Source: Microcoleus sp.
Lineage (GTDB): Bacteria > Cyanobacteriota > Cyanobacteriia > Cyanobacteriales > Microcoleaceae
Reading direction: 5' to 3'
Assembly (NCBI GenBank): GCA_052279835.1
Contig: CP181291.1
Coordinates: 3,264,001-3,328,000, forward strand
Length of the DNA: 64,000 bases
The notes under the pieces are model-generated. The model did not search any database, was not told where the DNA came from, and was given only the letters and a program-made list of their open reading frames with translations. Made by a program: the position numbers and the translations under genes. How positions within the stretch are numbered: position 1 is the first letter of the stretch; every line of letters begins with the position of its first letter. Shown one piece after another: positions 48,636 to 60,282 of this stretch.

Positions 48636-51600
48636 CTAAAACTGAGATTTAGGCGCTACCCCGTCGCACAGACGCCGATCGCGATCGCTCACATTCGGAT
48701 TAGTCCTCAGATAATCCCCCACCCAATCGCAGCCCCTGACTAACAAATCGTCCAGGTCCAAATTCCACAAAATCACCCGATTATCCCTACCAGCAGAAGC
48801 CAGAACCTTCCCATCCGGGCTAAAACTCACACTCATCACACTGTCTTTATGTCCAGTCAAAGTTTTCAACAAAGTGCCACTACGACTCCACAACTTCACC
48901 TTGCGATCGTAACTACCCGAAGCAATCAACAAACCATCCGGGCTAAAACTGACGCTAGTCACGCTGTCGCTAGAGCCCTTCAGCAGTGTCGCCACCAAAG
49001 TCCCATCCACATTCCACAACTTCACCGAATTGTCATAACCAGCCGAAGCCAGCATTTGCCCATCAGGGCTGAAAGCCACCCCCAACACAAAACTGTTGTG
49101 AGCCCCTTCAAAAGTCCTCAGCAAACGACCATCCCGATTCCACAGTTTCACCGTACCGTCATCGCTAGCCGAAGCCAGCATGGAACCGTCAGGATTAAAA
49201 CTAACGCTAGTCACCCAGGCTTTATGTCCCGTCAAAGTTTTAATCAACCTACCGTTTCTAGTCCAGAGTTTAATAGTTTTGTCCTTACTCGCCGAAGCCA
49301 CAATCTCGCTGTCGGGGCTAAAACTGACGCTAGTCACGCTGTCGCTGTGTCCATCGAGAGTGAACAACACAGAAGGAGAACAAGGGAAAAGTGGAGCCGA
49401 AGGACAAGGCAACATATTAGTGATGCCATCTTCTTTTAAACTCCAGATTTTCACTGTTTTGTCGTGACTTCCAGAAGCAAGCAGCAAGCCGTCGGGGCTG
49501 AAACTGAGGCTGGATACTCTCTGAGTGTGTCCCTCCAAGGTTTCCAACAACACCCCTGTACGACTCCAGATCTTGATAGTTTTGTCCATAGAAGCAGAAG
49601 CCAGCCTTTGGCCATCGGGGCTGAAAGTAACGCTGAGGACGCGGTTGTGGTGTCCGTCAAGGGTTTTCAGAGGTACATCATCCAGTCGCCACAGCCTGAT
49701 AGTTTTGTCAAAACTTGCGGAAGCCAGGGTTTTGCCATCCGGGCTAAAACTTACCTGAGTAACTCGATCAGCGTGTCCTTCAAAGGTTCTCAGCAAGCGG
49801 CCTACAGGTTTAAACTTAGCAGCATCGAGGGGCTGTTTTCCATGAATATCCACCAGACTCCAGAGTTTGACCGTTCTATCGGCACCACCAGAAGCAAGAG
49901 TTTGACCATCAGGGGAGAAGCTGACGCCAAATACCCATTTGCTATGTCCCCGCAAAGTTGTTAGCAGCAAGTCTGTTTTGTCGATTGAATTTACTTGTGG
50001 ATTGTTTTGAAGTGAGCTGACATTCCAAATTTTGACTGTGTTGTCCTCACCACCAGAAGCAAGGGTTTCACCATCGGGGGAGAAACTGACGGTGTAAACT
50101 TTAGAAGGTTTTTTGTTTTCGCTGTGCCACAGATTAGCAATTAGTCTACCGTCAGAACTCCATAGTTTCACAGTACCGTCATCGCTGGCCACGGCTATAA
50201 TTTGACCGTTGTGGCTGAGACTGACCCAATTTACGGGTGCTAGTTGTTGGATGGTTTGCAGGAGTGTACCATCAGTTTTCCAGAGTTTGACAGTTTTGTC
50301 TGTAGACGAAGAGGCGATCGTTTGTCCATCCGGGCTAAAAGTGACACTGGTAACACTATTAGTATGACCTTTAAAAGTTGCCAGTAAAGTGCCGTCGGTT
50401 TTCCAAAGTTTGATTGTTTTATCTAAGCTTCCGGAGGCGATCGTTTTGCTGTCAGGACTGAAAGCCACACTGGTAACGTTGTTAGTGTGGCCTTTAAAAG
50501 TTGCCAGCAAGCTACCACCCCTCGCCCAAAGTTTGACTGTTTTGTCTACACTAGCCGAGGCAATTGTTTGCCCATCAGGGCTAAAATTTAGACCCCAAAC
50601 TACATCTCCGTGTCCTTCTAATCGGTTGCGTTCTTTGATACCGTAAACCGCCTGTTGGAGAGACGCAGAAATCAAAATTTCTGTGTCTTTGAGAGTGTGG
50701 GTTTCTTGGGAGTGTTCGATTTGCCTCCATTGTCTCCCCGCTCTCAAACTTTCCATCATGGCATCAAATTTGTTATTGGAAAAATAAAGTGCTTCAGAAG
50801 CCGCCGTTAGAGTGCTAATTTCGGCGCGCTGAGTTTGAGCTACAGCTAGTTGTTTTTGTCCCACTGCTCGCCACCAAAAGTTGACGGCGGCGACGGTGGA
50901 ACTGGTTAGCAGCAGTACGCCGATCGCTGCTAATCCCAAAAGTTGTTTGAGAAAAATATTCGCCCGGTATAGCTGTGCTTGACTCATGTTTTTGTCAGCT
51001 TCTGCTTTGTGCAGTCTGGCTTCTAAGCCGAATCTATCGCGGATGGGGCGGACTAGATAGTCGTGAACCAATTGATAACGATCTTCGGGGGATTCCCGCA
51101 GCAAAAATAACAAACCATGACCGACTAAAATGTCTAAAATTAATTCGAGGTTATCGGTTTTTTTGGGTTCTATTTCTGAGTTTTTTCCCAGTTTGCGCTG
51201 TAGTGAAATTAGGCTGATTCTGCCCATCCCAGACAAATCTGGTTCCTCCACATCTTCGGGCTGCACCCCTGTAACTAATGAGAGTTCATGTTTGGTTTTG
51301 ATCAGTCTGACCCCTCTTTCATCGGTCAAGGAAAATAAAATTTTCCAAGCTGCGTCTTCGTTGACAGGACCGCAGTCAGAAATGACTCGTTCGAGCGATC
51401 GCTTGACTAATTCTGCTTTGGGGTTGTCACCCAACTGCTGGTATTGTTCTATGGTCGTAATGTTTTCTTCTTGCAGTTGCGCTCCCACCACTTGCAATTC
51501 GATCGGTCGAATTTCTTGCAATTCGTCTGATAAGTCTTCGACGAAGGCATTAATTAGTTCTGGTTCTAAGTAAAATTCTGCGCGTTCTGTCAAGTGTCCG

Positions 51601-54110
51601 ATCACAGCCCGCGCATCTTTAATCGAAAAACTTCGCAGTTGATAGCGGATGCTTTTGTCGAGAATATTATTATTAATGGCGTCGAGATTGGGAAAGCGAT
51701 CGCAGTCTAGTAAATAATGTAAATAATCTTCTCTCAGACAGAGTATTACTTTGACAAAAGGGAGATTTAGAAACAAACGTAAAAACTTATAAAACAGTTG
51801 TCTTTGAGCTACCGAGGTTGAAACAAAGAAAAATTCTTCAAACTGGTCAAATATTAAAATTGTCAATAAATTATTCTGGGAATTTTGTCGCAATTGTTCA
51901 ACCAAAAAAGATGAAGCTTCTTCGGTACGCCCTGGTATGACTAATTGATTTTTTCTAGAAAATTCCGCGACTCCATTTTGGATTGATTTCCTGTCTTCTT
52001 CGACTTGTTTTTCGTACAGCGCGCCATTTAAAGCATTTTCCAATTCTCTGAGCCAATCACTATAAACTTTGACTAATACAGGCAAAGTATCCCGTGCGCC
52101 GGGAGTGATATTTTTTAAAGCTGGTACTAATCCCGCATTGACTAAAGAACTTTTGCCAACTCCGCTGGGCCCGTGAATAATCGTTAATTTATGGTCGTCC
52201 CTGCTAATTCTTTCCAGCAAGTTATTGATATCTTTTTGGCGGGAGTAGGCGGTCATTTCCGCTGCAATTGCTGCTTGATTTTTGGCTGAGGGACTGGACG
52301 GGTTGACGGCTTGTCGCTGCTGCTGCAATTGACTGGCTCCGATAAAAGCTCTAAATCCGTATTGATATTCGATCGATCGCTGGTTTTTTTTAATCCGAAA
52401 AGCCTTGAGGTACTCTCCCTGCTCGAAATAAACCGCTTGTAGTTCGGTCAAAATATCAATGTAAAGCCGGGGGTCGTACTTCGGCTCGCTTTGACTTTGA
52501 GCCAATTCCAAAGAATGAACTGCGGCTTCCCACTGTCCTAGTTGTCGCAAACTTTGGGCTAACAGTAAAAGATAGGAACTTCTGTCGGATTTAGGATGCT
52601 GGATTTTAGATTTGGGTTCGTTAATTGACTGGTTAGTCCCGACAAACTCTGGATAGTTCCCGGAAAAACCCAATCTTAAATCTTCAATTAGCAATCTCAA
52701 ATCGTTAGGGGTTTGATCTAGTATCGCTAAGGCCAACTCGGCTAGCTGACGGGCTTGACTCCACCTCGACTGTTGCAGCGCCACTTCTGCCAAAAAGCCG
52801 TAATCTTGAGCTAGCTGGCTCGGAGTTCCGTAGGTGAAATGTAGTTGCAAGGAATTTTCTGCCAATGCTTGCAATTCTCCCCAAGCTTCCAGGCGTTGTA
52901 ATACCTCTCCTAGGTGTGCCGTTACCTCTGCTACTAATTCGGGGCGATCGGCAAGGGAGAAGGCATTTCTAGACTGTTCCAGGCTAATCCAGGCTTGCTC
53001 CCAATGCTGGCGGTTGGCTACTGGATTTCTGGCTGCTTGTAAGCGGTGACACAGGGCTATGTGAAACAGCACTATGCCTTCTCTTTCTAAAAAAAGAATA
53101 TTCTGGACTGGATTAGACAAAGTGCAGGAAAGGTTTTGTGTTTCCCAGGACTTTTCCCAGTTTTTGAGTTCCCAATTGCCGGTTTGTTGCTGCCAAAATA
53201 CTAAGCTTTGTTGGTAGTGGATCAAAGCGGTTTCGGTTTCGTCGCTGACGTAGTAGTCTCTACCGAGAACGAATTGCAGGCTAGCTTCCAGGGCTGGTTC
53301 TAATTGTTGGTCGCGATTTTGTAAATCTCTTAAAGCTAATTCGAGTTCTCGGCGCGATAAGGAACCGATCGCCAAATCGAGGTTATTTCCCGGACTCAAG
53401 GGCGAATAGGACTGGATATTGGATGTTTGGGAGTTTGGCGATCGAGGATGAGGTGTGAGAAAACGCTCCCCCTGCCGGATTTCGCTCTCCTGAGTGGGTT
53501 TTTCTAAGTCGGTGTCGTCGTAGGTGCGAAAGCCGGATTTGGTGGCTGTGCTGTTTTCCCATTGTGGGTTGAGTTCGCCTACTCGAAATATGCCATCAGC
53601 TCGCTGAGCCAGAAAATCGATCAATTCGTCCACGGCCATTTCAAATTTAATTGTGGCCGCGGCCCAACTTTTGAAATCCGGGGCGAGACGGATCATTTTG
53701 GTTACGATGTCATCTGTCACCCACAACACCACCGGACAGGAAAAATTTTTGCGAAATTCGTCTCGCACTTGATTGGTAGATGCCATCACTTCGTCGATCG
53801 CTACTACTGTTTCTAAGCCGAACACCATCACAGCAGAGACCGCAGCCCCTGGGGACTGCCCGTGGTTTTGGGTGTTGGCGAGCAAGGTAGTGTAGAGGGT
53901 TTTGACTCCTGGCCGTAGGACTAGATCTTGGATGGGCAGTGGGGACATTTGTCGCAGTCGCTTGACCATTTGCTGGCGCAAGTGCTCGTAGTTGCAGCGC
54001 ACCAAGATTAGGGAGAATTGCTGTTGAGACATCGCGATCGACCGTACCAGCGTTTTGAGCGATCGCTCGTTATAGCTGGCAGTTTCTCGTAATTTAATCA
54101 TGTCTGTCAT
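48636..54110 (-). CDS. STAND NTPase with TPR-like N-terminal region, TM helix and ~14 WD40 repeats
   Basis: GPSGVGKSS Walker A, LIFDQFEEFF Walker B, YQLVHDYL, GH..V.SV.FSPDG repeats. Confidence 0.9.
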   Translation of the reverse strand: MTDMIKLRETASYNERSLKTLVRSIAMSQQQFSLILVRCNYEHLRQQMVKRLRQMSPLPIQDLVLRPGVKTLYTTLLANTQNHGQSPGAAVSAVMVFGLETVVAIDEVMASTNQVRDEFRKNFSCPVVLWVTDDIVTKMIRLAPDFKSWAAATIKFEMAVDELIDFLAQRADGIFRVGELNPQWENSTATKSGFRTYDDTDLEKPTQESEIRQGERFLTPHPRSPNSQTSNIQSYSPLSPGNNLDLAIGSLSRRELELALRDLQNRDQQLEPALEASLQFVLGRDYYVSDETETALIHYQQSLVFWQQQTGNWELKNWEKSWETQNLSCTLSNPVQNILFLEREGIVLFHIALCHRLQAARNPVANRQHWEQAWISLEQSRNAFSLADRPELVAEVTAHLGEVLQRLEAWGELQALAENSLQLHFTYGTPSQLAQDYGFLAEVALQQSRWSQARQLAELALAILDQTPNDLRLLIEDLRLGFSGNYPEFVGTNQSINEPKSKIQHPKSDRSSYLLLLAQSLRQLGQWEAAVHSLELAQSQSEPKYDPRLYIDILTELQAVYFEQGEYLKAFRIKKNQRSIEYQYGFRAFIGASQLQQQRQAVNPSSPSAKNQAAIAAEMTAYSRQKDINNLLERISRDDHKLTIIHGPSGVGKSSLVNAGLVPALKNITPGARDTLPVLVKVYSDWLRELENALNGALYEKQVEEDRKSIQNGVAEFSRKNQLVIPGRTEEASSFLVEQLRQNSQNNLLTILIFDQFEEFFFVSTSVAQRQLFYKFLRLFLNLPFVKVILCLREDYLHYLLDCDRFPNLDAINNNILDKSIRYQLRSFSIKDARAVIGHLTERAEFYLEPELINAFVEDLSDELQEIRPIELQVVGAQLQEENITTIEQYQQLGDNPKAELVKRSLERVISDCGPVNEDAAWKILFSLTDERGVRLIKTKHELSLVTGVQPEDVEEPDLSGMGRISLISLQRKLGKNSEIEPKKTDNLELILDILVGHGLLFLLRESPEDRYQLVHDYLVRPIRDRFGLEARLHKAEADKNMSQAQLYRANIFLKQLLGLAAIGVLLLTSSTVAAVNFWWRAVGQKQLAVAQTQRAEISTLTAASEALYFSNNKFDAMMESLRAGRQWRQIEHSQETHTLKDTEILISASLQQAVYGIKERNRLEGHGDVVWGLNFSPDGQTIASASVDKTVKLWARGGSLLATFKGHTNNVTSVAFSPDSKTIASGSLDKTIKLWKTDGTLLATFKGHTNSVTSVTFSPDGQTIASSSTDKTVKLWKTDGTLLQTIQQLAPVNWVSLSHNGQIIAVASDDGTVKLWSSDGRLIANLWHSENKKPSKVYTVSFSPDGETLASGGEDNTVKIWNVSSLQNNPQVNSIDKTDLLLTTLRGHSKWVFGVSFSPDGQTLASGGADRTVKLWSLVDIHGKQPLDAAKFKPVGRLLRTFEGHADRVTQVSFSPDGKTLASASFDKTIRLWRLDDVPLKTLDGHHNRVLSVTFSPDGQRLASASMDKTIKIWSRTGVLLETLEGHTQRVSSLSFSPDGLLLASGSHDKTVKIWSLKEDGITNMLPCPSAPLFPCSPSVLFTLDGHSDSVTSVSFSPDSEIVASASKDKTIKLWTRNGRLIKTLTGHKAWVTSVSFNPDGSMLASASDDGTVKLWNRDGRLLRTFEGAHNSFVLGVAFSPDGQMLASAGYDNSVKLWNVDGTLVATLLKGSSDSVTSVSFSPDGLLIASGSYDRKVKLWSRSGTLLKTLTGHKDSVMSVSFSPDGKVLASAGRDNRVILWNLDLDDLLVRGCDWVGDYLRTNPNVSDRDRRLCDGVAPKSQF

Positions 54111-54812
54111 GCGTGCACCCCATTTCCAGAAATAAACAACCTAATGATGACTGAAACTGTCTCTACTTATATACACTTATTTCCTTCAAGCACTTTATAC
54201 CTTTATTACTACGTAATTTTTCGCACTTATCTAGTCTCTCCAGCCCTACTCTCCCTAGTTCAATCCAAACACATCATACCTCTCAATCTAATAGAAAGCT
54301 AGATTTATATATAAATATTAAATTAAAATTAATGTGTTTTTTAGTCAGCTACAGATAAATTTATCTAGGGGATGAATGGCTAGTTGCTAACCTATGATAT
54401 CAACTCCGGTTAAGTGCTGATAAATAGTCTACTGGTATAGGCTTGAGAGCGGAACGAAGCAATGGTGTAACAGCACTATTCTCCGTATTAAATCTGACAT
54501 CATCTGAGAACTCTCGGACTTAGCTATTAGTGTCAACGCAGAATTATCTGTAGCAGGCACTCAGCCAAACCAAAGGACACAAAAATTTATGAGATAGGGG
54601 ATAAGACTATGTGAGGTTAAAAGCAATAGGTAAAACCAGCCCTAGGGGGTCTGACATGGGAACATCCTAGGGCTGCAAATATCTCCTAAAGGATAGAGAT
54701 TTTAGATGGGAGATTTTATAACTAAAAAATGGCCCCCCTCAATGGAGCCGGGGGCTTGTTCTAGTTTTAATTTCAAATCTGTCTGCTCCCGAAGCAATCT
54801 CAAAATTTAAAA

Positions 54813-56144
54813 CTATTTTTGGTGCACTCGCTGTTGCCACTCCTTATATTTTCTAGTTTCTGCTAGGGCTGGATTGATACCAAACCAGCGACCTTCGGGA
54901 TCGCGATATTCAAAAACAAACATACTTCGCAATAAAATTTGAGACTCTTCTTCACCAGTCACTGTTTGTCGGTTTACGACTTGAAACAACAATTCCCATT
55001 CCGTATCGTTGACTGCTCCCAACAAGTCATCGCGATATTCTTGAATGACACTTTCCAAACATTCGCGAGTAAAAGGCGGGTCTTCGTGCTGCAAACAGCT
55101 ATACAACAGCATCAGTAGATTGCGAACGTGACCGCCACTAATGCGGCAGAGTCTGTCTAAGGTTTCAGGAGAGTCGAACACCTTGGAAATCAAATCGAGG
55201 CGTTGGGAAGGAGCAACCTTGGGGAAAGCTCTAGCCAATACGAGCTGGCGTAGTAGGGCCATTCCTTCCGAGTGGTCTTCCCCCGATCGAATTTGTACCG
55301 GAACCATCGGCATCACCTTGGGTTTAACTCCAAATCTACTGGCGAGTCTACCGAAGTCATTGGAAAAAATTAAAGTCAGAGGAATAGTGTAGACTACGTG
55401 GCAATTGAGTTTTTTCAACTGTTCGCCACGGTCTAAAAAAAGGTATTCTGGCTGGGTGCGTCCGCTGGGTTTGAGACCTCCGTCGAGGCGATCGAGGTTA
55501 TCAACAATCACGGCGAGTCCTTTTTTGCCTTGGCGTTTGAGTTCGAGGTTGGCTACATTAAGGAGTTCTTCGTTAATTGACTGCAAGATGCTATTAGTGC
55601 GGGGTTCCAGGTATTGTCTAAGCTGCGATCTTAGTTTGGGAGAGTCTTTAGTTTTAGCAGTAACTCTAGCAATCCCTACAGATAACTCTGCTTCTGCGGA
55701 TAAATCAATGGGAGTCTGCAAAAATTCTGCGACTTCTGCAAACAGATTAGTGAAATAACTTGGTCTGACTTTAATTTTGGCTGACTCCATCGTTTCGCTG
55801 ACTTGGCGAGCAATGCTCAGCAAAATATCGCTGATGTCTACGTCACCCATGTCTAAATCTTGAGAAGACTCAAAGTAAACGACGTAAAAACCCTCTTGCT
55901 CTAGCTCAGCTTTAAGTCGAAACAACTCAGTAGATTTGCCACAGCCGATATGTCCTGTAAATAGTTGACAAGTAGGCTGGTCTGGGGAGATACGGGTAAT
56001 AGTCCGCTGCAAAGATTCAATGATTTTACCGCCCCGTACCGAAGCAAAATCAATGTAGTATTGATAATCTCCTGGGTCGCCCGCGACAAGGGTCTTGCTA
56101 GGGTTGCAGGCTTTATAGAATCTGTCTAATTCCAGTGCGATCAC
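54813..56144 (-). CDS. P-loop ATPase (AAA/KAP-like)
   Basis: GHIGCGKST, VIVDNLDR, SGGHVR. Confidence 0.85.
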   Translation of the reverse strand: MIALELDRFYKACNPSKTLVAGDPGDYQYYIDFASVRGGKIIESLQRTITRISPDQPTCQLFTGHIGCGKSTELFRLKAELEQEGFYVVYFESSQDLDMGDVDISDILLSIARQVSETMESAKIKVRPSYFTNLFAEVAEFLQTPIDLSAEAELSVGIARVTAKTKDSPKLRSQLRQYLEPRTNSILQSINEELLNVANLELKRQGKKGLAVIVDNLDRLDGGLKPSGRTQPEYLFLDRGEQLKKLNCHVVYTIPLTLIFSNDFGRLASRFGVKPKVMPMVPVQIRSGEDHSEGMALLRQLVLARAFPKVAPSQRLDLISKVFDSPETLDRLCRISGGHVRNLLMLLYSCLQHEDPPFTRECLESVIQEYRDDLLGAVNDTEWELLFQVVNRQTVTGEEESQILLRSMFVFEYRDPEGRWFGINPALAETRKYKEWQQRVHQK

Positions 56145-56474
56145 AATTGAAGCTAACTAAAAGTTAAATTGTTTAGAGAAAGTATATACTTTCAAACTCT
56201 AGTTTAGTTTGAATTTTCGCCTTTTGCCCTGTGGGGTAATGCCCTCAATACCTAAACAACCTCTGTCTGCTCATCGGCTTCCCGATGCTTAAATTCTAAA
56301 TAACTAACTAATTTTTGGGGGCCAACTGGATCAGTAATCTTACTGAGCTGACGAGGAATTTGGGTAATTTTGCGGGGATCTGCTTAAATAGTAGGGGAAA
56401 AGGAGACAGCTTGAGAAAAATTCAAGAGTTTTGAGTTGTCAATACTTTATAATTACCAAATTGTCAAGAGGTAG

Positions 56475-57341
56475 ATGGCTAGTTTTGCATCAGTGTCAGA
56501 AACAGAGTTAGGGCACAGACGCCAACAGTTGCAGCGGCTTCGTCGCGCTCGATTGGCGACTGTGGTGTGGCAACTGCTGGCTGCCAGTGGGATGGCTGGG
56601 GGTCTAGTGTGGTGGATAGCCCAGCCGACTTGGTTGATTGCTCGATCGGAACAAGTGAAGGTGGAGGGGAATCATTGGCTTTCGGACAAGGCAGTCCGGT
56701 CTTTGATGCCACTTTCTTACCCCCAGTCTCTGTGGGGGATTCAACCGCAAGCCCTAGCTTCTAAACTCGAAGCCACCGGTCCGATCGCCAAAGCCAAGGT
56801 GACTCGCAACCTATTTCCGCCAAGTTTGACCGTAGAAGTGGCAGAACGGCTGCCAGTGGCAGTGGCCCAACCTAGGGCGGTGACTACCACCGGCCACGAC
56901 AAGCAAAAAGTAGGGTGGCTGGATGCTAGGGGAGGTTGGATGCCCTTTGACAGCTATACTACTGATAAACAATCCCAAAGTAGCTCCCTGGGCAACAACA
57001 GTCAGGAAACACAGTCTCAGCGTTCTTTGCCAAGTTTAAAAGTCATTGGAGACTGGGAACTCTATCGCGCCGAATGGCCGCAGTTTTATCAAGGGTTCAG
57101 CACTTTGGCGTTGAAAGTGTTTGAAATAGATTGGCAAGACCCGAATAACTTGATCCTGAAAACAGAGATTGGAACTGTACACCTAGGTCCCCATAGTTCC
57201 AAAACCATCGAGCAACTGAAAGTTTTAGACCGGATGCGACAATTGCCAAAACAGCTAGATGCCAGCAAAATAGCCTACATTGACTTGAAAAATCCGGCTT
57301 TTCCCGTCGTCCACCGAACCTCCATCCTCCGCAGTTGGTGA
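56475..57341 (+). CDS. ftsQ: Cell division protein FtsQ
   Basis: N-terminal TM, POTRA (VEGN...VTRNLFPP..VEVAER), YIDL; directly upstream of ftsZ. Confidence 0.9.
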   Translation: MASFASVSETELGHRRQQLQRLRRARLATVVWQLLAASGMAGGLVWWIAQPTWLIARSEQVKVEGNHWLSDKAVRSLMPLSYPQSLWGIQPQALASKLEATGPIAKAKVTRNLFPPSLTVEVAERLPVAVAQPRAVTTTGHDKQKVGWLDARGGWMPFDSYTTDKQSQSSSLGNNSQETQSQRSLPSLKVIGDWELYRAEWPQFYQGFSTLALKVFEIDWQDPNNLILKTEIGTVHLGPHSSKTIEQLKVLDRMRQLPKQLDASKIAYIDLKNPAFPVVHRTSILRSW

Positions 57342-57902
57342 AAACTCAAGTCCCTCACCAACTCCCTCGCAAAATTGAGCTGCACCATCGCCCTGGTGAG
57401 ACAGCCCCAGGGACAAGTCAAGCAAAAATAATGAATCGAAAGATTTCGATCGATTTAACTCTCGGCTAGTTGTGAGACCAAATCCAGGCTTGGGAATATT
57501 CAGGCTTGCTTGCGCTAGTTTTTTGCGCAACTTAGCCTATAGTTGATTGTAAATTAGTGCTTAGCTAGCAAGCTGTAAAGTTCATACTCCTGGGATCTCT
57601 ACTGACCACAAAGGCGCGCGCTAACCATACCGGAGAAATCCGACCGGGAGAAATCCCCAAATGAAACGCCCTACCGAGGCGGTCTTTTGAGAATAATATC
57701 GGTAGTCTCTATCCTGCAATGCCAGCAGGTATGCCAAGGAGTTTCACCACTTTTGAGGCGCAACGGTTCCCTCACCGACCACAGGAATAGTTATGTCACC
57801 CTTACCATGCTTTCCTTTTCCTCTCACCGCCGCTCGGCTGAGCGCTCACGTCGAAGCCAAACTGAGTAAAGCATTGGCGGGAGTCTCCAAGGAGGAAGAG
57901 AG

Positions 57903-59171
57903 ATGACCCTGAATCCTAAACAGGGGTCTGGCGAAGACAGTCCCCCTTCCGAAGAAGTCAAAAATTTTCCGGTGGCTTACGATTCCACCAATCCATTTAG
58001 ACGCAAGTCTGGTTATGTAAATGTAGATAGTATTGATATCGATCCTATGGTCAATCCCAAAGAAATCATGCCCAGTAGTGCAGCCAAAATCAAAGTAATT
58101 GGCGTCGGCGGGGGTGGGGGCAATGCCGTTAACCGCATGATTGCTAGCGAGGTTTCGGGCGTTGAATTTTGGTGCGTGAATACCGATTCCCAAGCTCTAG
58201 TTCTATCCAACGCACCCAAACGCTTGCAAGTAGGACAAAAGCTGACGCGCGGTTTGGGTGCCGGAGGCAATCCTGCCATCGGTCAAAAGGCTGCTGAGGA
58301 ATCTCGCGACGAAGTTGCCAATGCGTTAAATCACGCAGATTTGGTGTTTATCACCGCAGGTATGGGCGGCGGTACGGGTACGGGCGCGGCACCGATTGTG
58401 GCTGAGGTTGCTAAGGAAATGGGCGCTTTGACTGTGGGGATAGTCACCCGACCTTTTACTTTTGAGGGGCGGCGTCGTACCAGTCAAGCTGAGGAAGGCA
58501 TCGCAGAGTTGAAAAGCCGAGTTGATACCCTGATCGTGATTCCCAACGATAAGCTGTTGTCGGTGATTTCCGAACAAATGCCTGTACAAGAGGCTTTTCG
58601 AGTTGCTGACGATATCCTGCGCCAAGGGGTTCAGGGTATTTCTGATATTATTACTATTCCTGGTTTGGTAAACGTTGACTTTGCTGACGTGCGGGCTGTC
58701 ATGGCTGATGCAGGTTCGGCGCTGATGGGTATTGGCGTGGGTTCTGGCAAGTCGCGGGCTAGGGAAGCGGCGATGCAGGCGATTTCTTCGCCGTTGCTGG
58801 AAGCTTCTTCTATAGAGGGCGCTAGAGGTGTGGTGTTTAACATTACTGGCGGCACTGATATGACCTTGCACGAGGTGAATGCGGCCGCCGAAACCATTTA
58901 CGAGGTGGTCGATCCCAATGCCAATATTATATTTGGCGCGGTGATTGACGAGCGGCTTCAGGGCGAAATTAAGATTACTGTGATCGCTACTGGTTTTTCG
59001 GGGGAAATTCCAGCGCAGCAGCCGGTGAGTAGGACGCAAAATGCTAATGCTCCTTGGCGGGCTGCTACTGTTCAGGTGGCTCCGGCTCAATCGACGCCTG
59101 ACCCGAAACAGCAACAGGATTCAGCATTGGATATTCCAGCTTTTTTGCGCAAGCGACTGCCACCAAGATGA
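57903..59171 (+). CDS. ftsZ: Cell division protein FtsZ
   Basis: [33 protein letters not shown]. Confidence 0.98.
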   Translation: MTLNPKQGSGEDSPPSEEVKNFPVAYDSTNPFRRKSGYVNVDSIDIDPMVNPKEIMPSSAAKIKVIGVGGGGGNAVNRMIASEVSGVEFWCVNTDSQALVLSNAPKRLQVGQKLTRGLGAGGNPAIGQKAAEESRDEVANALNHADLVFITAGMGGGTGTGAAPIVAEVAKEMGALTVGIVTRPFTFEGRRRTSQAEEGIAELKSRVDTLIVIPNDKLLSVISEQMPVQEAFRVADDILRQGVQGISDIITIPGLVNVDFADVRAVMADAGSALMGIGVGSGKSRAREAAMQAISSPLLEASSIEGARGVVFNITGGTDMTLHEVNAAAETIYEVVDPNANIIFGAVIDERLQGEIKITVIATGFSGEIPAQQPVSRTQNANAPWRAATVQVAPAQSTPDPKQQQDSALDIPAFLRKRLPPR

Positions 59172-59220
59172 TTGGGGATTTGAGATTTGGGATTTGAGAT
59201 GGAATCTTAAATCTTAAATC

Positions 59221-59985
59221 TTAAATTTCTAGGGTTTGACCTGGTTCGGGTTCGAGAAGTTGGGTTGTAAGTCCTGAATTTGTCAGTAAGTCCCGAAATT
59301 CGGCGATGCTGCCGATCGATCGCACCAACATTGGTAAAATACCCGTGGCTCGGATGTCTCCCATAGTTGTAGGTAGGAAAAACCTAGGCTTTAGGGCTTG
59401 GGCGAGGCTCAGGGCACCCGATGGCCCGATGATGATTTGTCCGAGGAAGGGGAAAATTTGACCGATGACAGGGGCGATCGCTACGTCTACTGTCTCTATT
59501 TTTTGTTTAACTTTTTCTAAGTTTGGTAAGTGTGGCTCGTAGTAGAGTGTTTCGCCACTGGTTAAGTCTTTGAGCAAATAACCGTTTTCTTCCTGTCCGG
59601 GCTGGATTTCGGCTCCGGGAACTGCGGTTATTTGTAACTTTTCTTGATAATTAAATTCTTGCCAATTTGCTAAAGATGTGATATTTGTATAGCCTAAACT
59701 GCTGAGAACTTTGGCGGCGGTGGGAGATGCGATCGCAGGAATTGTGCGATCGAGCCGTTCGAGAGTAGGTTTGTGGCAGTGGTCGTCTAATCCTTGGGTA
59801 ATCAGCAACAAGTCGATGGGCGGTAATGTGTCGGGAGTGAAAGCAACAGGCGTGTTGTGGTAGGCAGTGAACAGCCAGGGTTGACCGTAAAATACGAGGG
59901 GATCGACCAGCCAGGGATCGACCAGGATAGTTTTGTCTGCTAGGTGAAAAATCCAAGAATTGAGGTCAATTCGGGTGAGTTTCAT
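59221..59985 (-). CDS. MBL-fold metallo-hydrolase
   Basis: ILVDPWL, TQGLDDHCH, NGYLL. Confidence 0.85.
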   Translation of the reverse strand: MKLTRIDLNSWIFHLADKTILVDPWLVDPLVFYGQPWLFTAYHNTPVAFTPDTLPPIDLLLITQGLDDHCHKPTLERLDRTIPAIASPTAAKVLSSLGYTNITSLANWQEFNYQEKLQITAVPGAEIQPGQEENGYLLKDLTSGETLYYEPHLPNLEKVKQKIETVDVAIAPVIGQIFPFLGQIIIGPSGALSLAQALKPRFFLPTTMGDIRATGILPMLVRSIGSIAEFRDLLTNSGLTTQLLEPEPGQTLEI

Positions 59986-60282
59986 GGTTGTTTTAAATAA
60001 TACTTTACAATTCTTTCAATCATAGCAATTTAGTTGCGATTTTAAGAGTGGCCAGAGGCAGAGCATCCCATCCTGAAAGGGAAGCAACCAAAAATCAGTC
60101 TGCGATGCTCTAGAAACAAATCATCGTAACGGGCTAGAATTTATACACTAACAAGATGCCCTACGGCTCTTGTAGGGCGATGGATTTTAAATTTTAGATT
60201 TTAGATTTTAGGATAAATCCCTGGGATAAATCTGGGGAGTTCTTATGGGATATAAAGCCTGGGGTTTATAGGAGAATTTTCA

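Noticed and set aside
58326..59114. 262-aa antisense ORF over ftsZ and similar shadow ORFs elsewhere
   Set aside because: These lie opposite well-supported genes and show no recognisable motifs.
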